A DNA stretch of 64,000 nt. Source: Utricularia gibba. Its lineage: Eukaryota; Plantae; Magnoliophyta. Both the position numbers and the translations under genes were made by a program. Positions 47,050 to 58,570 of this stretch are shown here, one piece after another (positions within the stretch are counted from its first letter, which is position 1; every line of letters begins with the position of its first letter). The notes under the pieces were generated by a model. It was not told the origin of the DNA, made no database searches, and was given only the letters and a program-made list of their open reading frames with translations. Where the stretch lies: the NCBI GenBank assembly GCA_002189035.1, contig NEEC01000024.1, positions 434,001 to 498,000 on the forward strand, written 5' to 3'.

Positions 47050-49960
47050 TCACCAGAAGAGTCTTGTAGAGAAGTAAGGTGGAAAGCACCAACTCACACC
47101 CTTTTGATTCAAGGGAGACAATGTTTTCTCTATGGTCATACTTCAGAATCAATAGATAGATAGTGACCTCTTATTTGGATTCATTGAGTCATTGACAACA
47201 CTCGAGCACACGTGCATATTCTCGTGCCTCCTTGCATGAGAGTGTAAGGGAGGGAAGATAATTCCGTACCCCTATAACTGAGTACTCGAGAAGATCAGAG
47301 AAGAGTGGCAACGTGACAAATGTAGCTGGCAAGAATCGAACCCCATGAGTATTCTCTTTATTTAAGGTTCATTGCTTAAGTTCACTTTTGTTGTTTGTTT
47401 ACAATTCCCTTACTCATGTTTCATCATTTATGTAGCTGACACTCTTTACTTTACAAACCCAATAAAAATCGTGACAGTTATATTTGGTGCAACTTCAACT
47501 TTCATTGGAAAAGCAACTCCCTGTATTTGACACCTATACTACGCATTTTTTTGTTTTATGAGTTTTAAAAATCTTTAAAATTTATTATGGAAATGACACA
47601 TATCAAATTTTTGGCACCGTTGCCGGAGAGGTAAATTTTTTTCTTGTCTATGTTGGAGTGTGTGAGTTTTGTTTGTCATTTTTTTATTTTTCATTTTTTT
47701 TTCTTTTCTTCCTCTTTTTCTTTCTTTTCCTTGTTTTTTTTTTCTTGTTTCTTTGTCTACTTGGTTTTTCTTTTTATGCAACTAGGTCAAAAGAGGGTTT
47801 GCCCAAGTCTAAGACCTTATCGAGAAGTTCTATATCCTTTAGATGAAGAGATCGAACGAACCTTTCTTTTCAAAGAGAGGGAGTCAAGTTCAACTACTGG
47901 GGATATCATAGGAGCCCATGGACCCATTGAAGTACTAGTAGTGCCTGAGAGTCAGGGAGAGCAGCCTCATGTAAAATTTCTAGTGGTACCTCTTGTTAAT
48001 CGTAGACCACCATTATAAACCATCAAGGAAGATGACATCCATGCTTAGGTATTCCTTACGCCTGATTCATGATTAGGGTGCTTAGACTTATTTTTCTACT
48101 AGGAAACCTTCTAGATTTTTCGTTATTCTTAATATCTTGCTTTTATAACATGCATTAGGGTTGAGACTTGCTTAGGATTGCTCTCACGTTTCTTTTGTAC
48201 ATTCGCAGCTCAGTGACACCTCACATTCAAAAAAAAATAAAGAGAGAGAGAGGATGCCAAAGGTAAGAATTGTCTGGCCAAACTGTGGATGACACGAACT
48301 TTACTTATGAACCACGAATAAGGTTTCGTAATCCAGACAGTTCTTCCCCAAAGTGGGGGTCCTTAGTCAAAAAAAAAAAAAAGAAGGAATAAGTCACGAT
48401 GGCTCAAACTTTCTGTAAATCTGAAAGTGATCCTGAACTGTCTCTTCCCTAATTGTGTTGTTTGAGTAGTATGCTTTAAATTGATTTGAAGAGTTTGGAA
48501 AGAAATAGAAGGTGATACATGCAGTTAGACAAGAGTAGGTTACCTTAGTCATGCATCATGCATTAGGTACTATCAGAGCAATGGGTTGTCTATCTGTTTT
48601 CATACTTGAGGACAAGCATGATTTAAGTGTGGGGGAATATGTTAAGTTTCATTTTCTCAGTATTTCTTAGATTGTTTTTATGTTTAATTGTGATTAGAAA
48701 TGTTTAGTTAAGAGTCTATAATATGAGATTTAGGTTTTTATCTAGTTTAGGGTAATTATCCTAAATCTTGTATTTTATCTAATAATTTTGCTAGTTTTAA
48801 TTGAGTTTTTCTAGAGGCACACACGTGGCAGGAAGTGATAGAAAGAGGGCAGGAGATGGTGACAAAATGGATCTTCCTGAGCTGACACTCCCTTGATTTC
48901 CGGAAGTCTGCAGACGCCCAATCATGAGCCTTGATGTGCGGAACATGGGAGTCTCTGACAGGTGAAATCATTAGTGGACTAGTGTCAGAGTAGAACTTTC
49001 GTGCAAGCCACCCCAATTCACAGCAGAACCAACGGGACACGAAAGCTTAGACTCTTATTGAAGTTCAGTTTTGTTCAGACGTTGGACAAGTAGTAGTTAG
49101 TTTAGTCTAGACTTTTGTTTCTCTCTCTAGAGCCTTGTCTTCGTTTCCTTTTGTTTGTATGGCCGTTCGCGGCTAGAAACTCCCGTTTCTGGTTTGGGAC
49201 ACCCCCAGATCTATGTTTCGTAGCTTATCTTCATCTCTTCTTTGAATCCAAAAGGGTTCTGTATGTCTTCATGCAAGTATGTTACAGTCTTTCTATAATA
49301 GCCCCCTTATTCAAGATTCATGGTTAACTAATCACTACCCGCGAGTTTTGGAGAGGAGCAAGGTGGAGAGCAGCAACTCATGCCCATTTGGTAGGAGGAA
49401 GACAATGTTTTGTCTGTGGCCGTACCTCAGGATCAATGGACAGGTAATGACCTCGTATCTGGACTCATTGGGTCATTGGCAACACTCGGGCACACGCACG
49501 CAATTCGGCCGTGAGGGTACGTTGGCAGGACCTCTTATTCTCATGTTCGTTAAAGGAGGAACAACATCAGGCTATTGCCGTGCCTTCTTGCAAGAGAGTG
49601 TAAGGGAGGGTAGTCAATTCTTTACTCCTATAACCGATTACTCAAGAAGATCAGAGAAGAATGAGGACGCGACGTACATAGCTAGGCAGGATTCCAAACC
49701 CAAGAACATTCACTTTATTTAAGGTTTATCACTTACGTTTATTTCAGTTGTGAGTTCAAAACCCCTCTTATTCCCTTACTCAAGCTTCATCATTTTCTTT
49801 TCTTTTCTTTGTCTTTTTCTTTTTCTTCCTCTTTTTCTTTCTTTTCCTTGTTGTTTTTGCTTGGTTTTTCTTTTTTTATGCAGCTAGGTCCACCAAGGGT
49901 TCGTCCAAACCTGAGATCTTACCATACCCTTTGCACCAAGAGGTGGAACGAACCTTTCTT
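47050..49960 (+). mobile_element. Non-coding Athila family A derivative arranged LTR-internal-LTR-internal
   Basis: Partial LTR ends TATCA at 47605. PBS TGGCACCGTTGCCGGAGA at 47612. About 1 kb of non-coding interior, then PPT AAGTGTGGGGGAAT (48625..48638). The second LTR starts TGTTAAG at 48640 and is joined by a deletion near 49790 to a second copy of the 5' leader (49800..49960 resembles 47690..47875). Confidence 0.75.
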
Positions 49961-49964
49961 TCTA

Positions 49965-52433
49965 AAAAGACATCTTGTTCTATCTCTTATCCAGTCGTCC
50001 CTATTCCCACCGACCCAATATTTGAGCCTTCTTTTGAACCACCGATTCCCAAGAAAAAGAAAAGGGTTAAGGTTTGTGCCCACAAGCCTTCCAAAAAAGA
50101 AAAAGGTATTCGGCTCCTTTTTTCGTCTAGTGGTCATCTTCTTTTATTTTAACTATTTCCTTATTTTGGCTTACAGTCGACAATATGGCAAGAAGAAGCG
50201 GACTGGAGGCATCCATTGCTGCACGTTTTTCTGTAGAGATGCACCGGGTTTAAGGGCCAGCACCGGATACAACCCCTTCTCCATTGGTTAGTTTTTCACT
50301 TGTATTGTTGTTGATTTTCCTATTCTAACCCTTTCCACGAATCCCCCTTTTTTGGGCCAACTCTACGAGGGTTCAATCCAACAATATTAACTATCTCTCG
50401 GAAGGGGATAGGGGGATTCGGATTTTTGATGGTTGGGAGAAGGTTTTGCTTTCATCGGAAATTCTCAAAGGCCCGATTCATGGAGTGCCTTTTACTTCAA
50501 CCACTCCTTCCACATCAAGGCCTTGAATAGGTGCGGTAGAGGGTGCCCCGCACGCGGCCATCCCGATTCCTGAGGAACTAGGTCCGGTCCTTGTCGAGGT
50601 CACCCCAAATTTCTCTAGTGTACCACCAAACAGAGTAGTTAACGGGATTTGGGAGGTATGGTCCCTTTCGTTCTAGTACTGAACATATTTAGTGTCTGAG
50701 CTAGTTTATGTTCAACTTTTAGGGTTTCGTCCTTGGCTGGAGTTTGCTCAAAGAAGTTGGCTCTCTTTCTGAGAGGGTCTCCAAGCTCCAAGCTCTAGTC
50801 GCAGTGCAAGATGCTAAGATCAATCTTATGGTGGATGAGCAACGTTCCCTGAGGGTAACTTTGGGTAGGCGAACTTGGCATGAGGCCGATCTGGAGAAGG
50901 TAGTGGAGGAGATGGGAAAAGCCATCGATGATGCCACTTCTGAGAAGGAGGCCTTTAAGGTCAAATTTTGGGAGGCCAACTCAAAGCTATCGCACGCGAG
51001 GGATTGCATTTCTGCCCTAGAGGCTAAACTGTGTGATTAGGAAGCTTCTCGTCAAAGGATCTTGGATGATTTCATTAGCTCCTCTTGCTTCTCGGAGCTT
51101 TCCGATATTTATGCTGGTGACCTTATCGGCATACTTCTATACCGACAGATGCGTCAGATCTCCCGTGAGTTCGGGCTTTCCATAACAGATCCTTGTTTTG
51201 CCGATATCAACTCCTTGAAGAAGGATGAGAATATGTGGGAGGTCATCTTGGATGTGTTTGACACTCTGAAGTTCGGATTTGGAAGGGACATATTGGTCCC
51301 TCAACCAATCCCCTCCCTTGAACTTTAATTTTCTTCTTCTAGAACTAATGCTTTTATCCCTGGTTTGGGTTTTGTGCACATTTAAGGCCCCGATTTGGGG
51401 TTTGCTTAGTCTAGTATTATCCTGATTTGGGACTTGGTTTTATTTGTTTTGCTACTCCAGTCGTTCAAATGGGCTTTTCGCTATTTGTCTTAGCCTTTTG
51501 TTACGTGAGCTGAACCGCTTCTAGAAAAGTGGATCGGAACCCCTCATGAATCGAACAGCTTCCTCAATCCGAATGCGCCCTCTTGTGGCTGAAGCCCTAT
51601 GTTTTAAAAACATAGCTGGATTTGGCAGTAAAGCCTCTTTGGGTGCTCTTGCCGTCTCAAGATTTGGCAAGAAGATTTATACCTAAGGGCTTTTTCGGGG
51701 CTTATGCGAGCGGTTACAGAAACCGGGGCCCGAATTGTACTAGGGCTTACCCTTATCACTGGTGCCTGGGTTTGGGGGATCAAATACTTCAGGTGAAGCC
51801 CTGGGATGATTTGCTATGCCAATTGGGGGGTATAGACTTAGAAGGTTTGCGAGGGCTTGCATGACTTGGCCAGGGCTTTGCTGCTTTAGTATTCCATCTC
51901 CTTTATGGAGGAATTGCTCGAATGTCTGAAGATAGAAGATACCAAAATTGATAGAGTAAGAATTAGTGACGAAGTATTTATACATAGAATTTCCTCAAAT
52001 GAGTTGCACTCAATGATCTTCGGAATTCTACACCATCTAGTTGTTCCAAATGATAAGCTCCTTTTCCGATCACCCTAGAAATCTAATAAGGGCCTTCCCA
52101 ATAGCGTTCTAGCTTCCTGACATGTCTTTGTGGTTGGACGCTATGGAGCACCAAATCTCCTTTCGAGAACTCCCTTGGGAATACTTCTTTGTTGTAACTT
52201 TTCTCAATTCTTCTTTGGTAAGCCCCTAGTCGGCTACAAATACTTTGTCGTTTTTCCTCCAACCACTCCAACTCCAATTTTCGCAGATTCGCAATTTCCT
52301 CTTCATTGTAGTGTTCCACCCTGTAGCTTTTCAGCGTTAACTCGGTTGGGCATACGGCTTCTGATCCGTAAACCAATAAGAAAGGAGATTCCTCTGTGTA
52401 GTTCGAGGCGTGGTACAGTATGACCATAGCACC
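49965..52433 (-). mobile_element. Third Tat element remnant (antisense gene 49965..51330 on +, spacer, integrase end 52083..52433 on -)
   Basis: INT peptides VLWSYCTTPR and EESPFLLVYGSEAVCPTEL..RKLERYWEGPY. The antisense exons are homologous to copy 2, with introns at 50106..50176, 50287..about 50339 and 50656..50722. Confidence 0.82.
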
Positions 52434-52507
52434 TGATAAACGGAAATTTCCTATTATCGTTGCAATAAAAATAGAATTACGTTATAAAATAAATTTGTAA
52501 TCCCTAA

Positions 52508-54449
52508 TGTTGGATTTCTCGTAGACATCGCATGTCAAAAAAGCAGCGAAATTTAAAATTTTTTTTTAGAAACCTCTGACGTAGATCTTGGAATACGGTA
52601 TATATCAGATAAAGGGATGCTGAAAATAACTTTCAGAGGACTATGTTGTTCACCAACCGCCAATAGTAGATGGCCTCTATGATATCCACACATGAAGCAC
52701 TCCATCGATAACCTTCTCAAGGTTGTAGAATATTGGTCGATCTCCTAAGGTGCTAGTAGAGAAAATCGCCCCCTTGCGGATCAATGTCAGAGAGGACGAA
52801 GATGTTATAAGATCTGTAGATCTAAATCTTTTTAATAGATATTTGGTAACATATCAAATGAAATCTTTGTAAAGATCTTATCTTGTGGAGATATGTATAT
52901 GTTCCAAATCTTATCTATATAAGATCTTTTATTTTAAGTTTAATCAATATTACTCTCAAAATAACTCTCTATTTATTTTAACCACTTTACCAATTACATC
53001 TCATGTAACTATGTCATTTTATTTTATATCGATAACTGCCTCCACTATTTTGTGTGACCTTATAGGCTTCTTCAATGAAGGCCTTAATAATGGATTTATT
53101 AATGAACTCTTAATTAATCAAATCCATCATTATCGATCATGAGTGATGTCTAGCAACATATCATGATCCCCAAGATTAAAGAATAATTAGGTGAACTGGT
53201 TAAGCCTTTCCATGACCAGTTACCATGCAATGAACAGCTTTTATCATGCTTATATTACATCTCGAACTTATAATTGCATTCAAGCACTAACACTCAATGA
53301 CCTTGATAAACGGGAATTTTCTAATATCGTTGCAAATAAAAATAGAAAATCCGTATCAAATAAATTTATAATCCCTAATCTACACAAAATACAAATTTTG
53401 AAAACTTGTATAGTGGATATCAGGGTCGATCACGAAGAGCTTGTGCGTGCTAAGTGTTTTAGTACATGCATAATTTCGGATAACAGTAGGTCTTAGTCTA
53501 AGCTCGGACTAACAGTGGTAAACAAGGTAGGTAAGCAATATCAGGTTTCTATGCTAAGGTAACAGGTACTGGTTTTGACTCAGACTAATACGAGGACGCC
53601 TTAAGGATCTGCGGGTGGTGCCATACTAAGGTTCCTAACTTAATTTGCTATCTTCCTACACTCACAACTTCGAATAACCTAGGTCTACCTAGGTCATTCA
53701 TCATATTTTTTGGCTTAAGCTAGTCCCTAATATCATAGCCAACATTGCAATTAGGTCTAACCACATGCAAGGTATATAGAACTAGGTCTACCCGGTTCTA
53801 CTGGTTCTACCCTGGACTAACATTGACTGCTCCTGTCTTGGTTTGTTGGTCTACCTCTAAACCAAGCTTCTAAGTTGTGAAACTACTTGTTTCCCTCCTT
53901 AGGTCTACCCATGGTTTGTTAGAAACAAGAGTTAAGGAATACACATAAATTTCATCATTAAACCTAAGCACACACCACACCCCTTCACCTTAAGGCATCC
54001 CTAAGACTCTAGCCACTCATGCTTTGGAAATAAAACACGATTTCATTCACATAAGCTGGCCAAAATGGCAGAAACATTGTAACAAGTCAAATATAGAAAC
54101 TTGAAATGTTCATAAAAACGGAATGCAAATAGATAATGTTTTTCTGCCCGCTAGTAATCTCATTACATCAATTGTGATAACCATTGCCTAAACATTTTAG
54201 GGAACTCAATGTGTGCCAGCCTATCCATATTTGTGATATCCTCATTTCACAAACACTCTAGTTAGAAAGTTTTTAACTTGAATAAAAATGCTTGAAGAAT
54301 CTCACATTATGATCTCATAATAATTTCTATAGCACATAGATCAAGTAGAGGATTTTATCAATGTTGTAAACTTGATCACAATTCAAAGTGTACATCAAAA
54401 GATAAGATTTGCCAATGAGTTGATTGCCTCTAGAACACATACACCAACA
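52508..54449 (-). mobile_element. Angela-type Ty1/copia solo LTR, partly deleted, with a nested family B LTR piece (53304..about 54130)
   Basis: Reverse-complement homolog of 62884..64000 with TG..CA ends. TSD CCTAA/CTTAA (1 mismatch). Confidence 0.82.
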
Positions 54450-54947
54450 CTTAATCCTCACAAAATACAAATTAAGCACAAAATGCACATTGAAATTCGG
54501 GGTCGGTCACATGAAGCTTGTGCTTGTTAAGTGTCTCAGTAGATGCAGGATTCGAAATAATAGTAGTTCTTAGTCTAAGCTCAAACTAACAATAATAAGT
54601 AAGTTCAGTAAACAAGATTAAGTCTCAACGCTGAAAGTAACAAATACTGGTTCTAAGATGATGTGGTGCTAAGATGCCTAATTTAATTTACCATGTTTCT
54701 ATACTCAAAACTCTATACAACCTAAGTCTACCCAGGTCATTCATCATATTTTCGACTAAGCTACTCCCTAATATCATTACCAACATTGCAATTAGGTCTC
54801 CTCGCATGCAAAGTGCATAGAACTAGGTCTACTGGGTTCTACTGGTTCTACCCTGGACTAATACCTATTGCTCCCGTCTTGATTTGTTGATCTACCTCTA
54901 AATCAAGCATCTAAGTTGTGAAGCCACTTATTCCCCTCCTTTGGTCT

Positions 54948-56355
54948 TGTCAGGACCCATGCCCAGGGCCCAAGAGGCATGGGGCATGACTGCCAAGTCC
55001 CATCAAACGTTAGGACTCAAGGCGACTTAACCCCTTTGTAACTTAGAGAAATATCGTTAAGATGGCTACATGTATACTAACTCACAACCGTTCAAACAAG
55101 CAAAAGGAACTATGTCCAGCCTACTAAGAATATTCCTCACAACGTAGCTAAGGTTCCAAGAGCTATTCTTCATCTACCACAACTTCTACAGCTAAACTCC
55201 TACTTTGGTTGATCACTAGACCTTTTGCCATTCCCCTCTACACCTGGAACACGTTAAAAGATAGAGTGGTCATGCTACTGAAGTTTGGTAAAAGATAAGC
55301 ATGAATGAAGTGAAGAAAAGGTGTTTGAGCATAAAGACTCAAAGTCAAGCAGATATCCAAGTAGTGAGTTCCATTGTCTATCTTTGCCCAATCCCCTTGA
55401 CCTTTCAGCTTAGGCATCACCTCCAAATCTTAGGAAATGGGTCATGTATTGCCTAAGTCCTTTAGTAGTGTTCAGAAGAGCCACCAACCGAACACCACCT
55501 CTAAACATAGATCATAGCATGCATAAAACATGTTCTCTAGTCTTTGTTGATTGGCTTATCCCATAGGGATGCCTCAGACATGTCTGACATATTTAGCCAT
55601 GAATCCCATGGTTAAAACCATGTTGCTAGGAGTGTGGGTCCACACTCCTCTCCATTTCTTAACATATATTCACATAGCACATAAACAATGAACATTGAGC
55701 ACCTTATACACCTCAAAAGGGAACACTTGTTTGGAAACCAACCAACAAGGCACCTAATCCTTGGAAGAAAACAATTTAGGTTTTCAAAGAAGAATTTTAG
55801 GGACTCTAAATAGAGTTGAGGCACGAAAACCAGAAGGACATGCCCTGCTGGACTTTTCACATATTGAAGAACAAGTAGGAGAAGCAGGTTCATGAAAACA
55901 GGGAAGAAGACTTTCCCAAATAGAACAGTAACACATATGCAATCAACCACATATGTTCCAGAGAAGCATCAAAAGCTTCTAAATAGAACAGTATCACTCA
56001 TCCCACTTACCTTATTCCCTACTGAAGTAATCCCTTCCTACAACCAGAACCAAGAACTTTCCCCCTTCTCACTAGCTGTATTCTCTACCATCCTTCCTCT
56101 TCAACTATGATTCTTCAGCTTTTCCAACGTGACTCTATTCACCTAAACCTAGGAGACATCATGAGTCAGCATCCCCTCTATCTTGAGGTTGCCATGTGGC
56201 CTTTCCTATAGATAGCACCTGCTTCATCTCCATTGGTTAATAAAAACAACCTCCATACAGGTGTGGGTTCCATCCTGTATTGATTTCATACATAACCATG
56301 ATAGTTAGAGAGATATTATGCTAAACTCCAGCAATGGATAACGCATACCATAACA
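54948..56355 (-). mobile_element. Solo LTR, probably Tekay/Del-type chromovirus (1408 bp)
   Basis: Perfect TSD GGTCT. The minus strand starts TGTTATGG and ends GGGTCCTGACA, similar to Tekay LTR ends. The lineage call is tentative. Confidence 0.8.
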
Positions 56356-57009
56356 GGTCTACTCATGGAATGATAGAAACAAGAACTAAGAAACAAACAT
56401 AAATTATATCATTAATCCTAGACCCACATCACCATACTTCACCTTAAGGTATCCCAAAGGTTCTACCTACTCATACTTGGAAGATAAAACATGATTTCAT
56501 TTAGATAATTCAAAAATAATAGAAATATTGTAATTAAGTCAGATACAAAAACTCAAAACGAAAAGGAAGTAATGATTGTTCTGATGCTCGTTGGCTACTG
56601 TTCACGACTCTGGTGCTATTCTTGAGGATCAAGTCCTTCTTCTCCTCTTCTTGTTGGTGTTCTTGTTCGTTCTGGAGGAGAAGCCACCTCGTGTATGTTG
56701 CTATTCCCGGTCTCTCCTTTTCGAAAAAATATCTCCCCTCCTTTACTCCAATGCACTGTTCTTGACACCATCACCGTTCTTAGCCTAAACTTGTAGACTA
56801 CAGGTGGTAGAATAGTGCTCTTTGTCTCTTTTTGGATGTTGTGCCCCTTTGACTTGATTCACATGTCTTTGGATCTGATTTTGCTGCTAATCTCCCTGCT
56901 GAACTTAATTGAATATTAATAACGAAGTTGGTGGACTAAATCAAAGGATTTAGTCCACTTTTAAACATAAACACACAAAATTAACATACAATTAACAGAA
57001 ATAAAGAAA

Positions 57010-57430
57010 TCTTCTAGTGTTCTATGTGGTGTGATGCAATTAATAGATATAAAGAAAGACATGATTTATAACGTGGAAACTATCGGGGAACGGAGAAACC
57101 ACAGAGCTGTTGAAGCTCCATGGAAAATGACTTCACTAGATGGGAGTGGGGAAATATACAAGTTAGAGGGCTTGGACTCCAAACCGTTCTTCTTTAGGGT
57201 TTTTTATATTTATAGAAGAGGTTGGTCTTACCGAATTCTGAAATCTGTAGATATCGGCCACTTTCTACACCTACTACTCGGACTGTGGTCCTGCCTTTGG
57301 ATGACCACCGACTGCTCTGTCATTGCCATTATTCAGCTGCTTTTCAAACTATTTAAAACGGCAGCTGCTGACACTTATCAGTCTATCAGCCTCGCTAGTC
57401 CGTCAGGACACTTTTTGATTACTTTCTAGT
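57010..57430 (-). mobile_element. Tat-family LTR fragment
   Basis: Shares acgtggaaac, tatagaagagg.t..tct.accgaattctg and gctg.tgacac.tat with 25159..25666. Confidence 0.65.
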
Positions 57431-57464
57431 GGCCAATTACCTCACTCTGATTTAGACCCCATCA

Positions 57465-58560
57465 ATTTTGAATTTTGATCAAATTTATATCACTGATAAA
57501 ATCTTCTACTTGATCTATATGATGTAGGAATTATGATGAGATCATAATGTGAGATTTTTCAAGCATTTATGTTCAAGTTAAAAATTCCATGGATGAAGTA
57601 TTTGTGAAATCAGGGAGGATATCACAAATGCGGATAAACTAGCACATATTGAGTTCCATAAATTGTTTAGACAATGGTTATCACAATTGATGTAATAAGA
57701 TTACTAGAACCAATATCTGAGTGTCGGTTAGAGAATTGATTTTCTAGATGACTTGTCTTCAAGATGCTACTATGGGAAGTTAACCAAGAGTCAGTAGCAA
57801 CAAATGAAATATGACAGCCATGCAAATAAGCTTAGACATTAAATCGGCAAAGTTATCTTGATCTTATCTCAAGTAATTGTTTCAAAGGCTAACAGAAAGT
57901 CTATGGCCCTAGGTAATGACACTCGAAGAGTTTGAGTTGATCATTTTATGTTAGTGATTAAATGTAATTATAAGTTCGATACATCAAGAGACACATATCT
58001 AGGTTCTAGTATCGAATGAGATATAAGTATAATGAAAGTTGTTCATTGCATGGTGTCTGGTTATAGAAATATTCAATTAGTTCACCTGATTATTCTTATA
58101 TATTGGGGATCATGATAGGTTGCTAGACATCACTTATGAACGATAATAAAGATTTAATTAATTAATTGAAGAAGCATATAGGGTTACTCACAATAGTGAA
58201 CTCATTTCTTGATATAAAATAGAATGACACAATTACGTGAGATTTAATTGGTAAATTGGATAAATTAAATAGAGAGTATTTTGAGATTAATATTGATTAA
58301 ACTCAAAATAAAAGATCTGATATAGATAAGATTTTGGAACATATATATCTCTACGAGATAAGATCTTTATGGATTTTTCATTAGATATGTTACCAAATAT
58401 TTATATAAGATAATCAAAAAATTCTATCCATAGAGATTTTCATATCTTCATTCTCTCTGAGATCTATCTGCAACTGGTGACTTTCTCTAGAAGCATCTAA
58501 GGGATCAACCATCATTATTTGGCCTTGATAAGGTTATTGATGTAGGGCTTCACATATGCA
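57465..58560 (+). mobile_element. Older Angela-type LTR fragment
   Basis: Diverged, deleted homolog of 62950..64000 and beyond. Confidence 0.75.
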
Positions 58561-58570
58561 TACTATAGAG

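Larger units (their letters stand above)
52434..57000 (-). mobile_element. Athila family B LTR acting as host for three nested insertions
   Basis: Segments 52434..52507, 54455..54947 and 56361..about 56995 join to the reverse complement of 6730..8106. The far end and TSD were not found. Confidence 0.8.

Noticed and set aside
49279-49722. 147-aa ORF in the family A LTR sharing a peptide (SVRE..F.TPIT.YSRRSEK) with ORF 25073..25270
   Set aside because: The similarity reflects homologous LTR DNA, and the frame is not kept in the other copies (41940..42180, 47070..47340).
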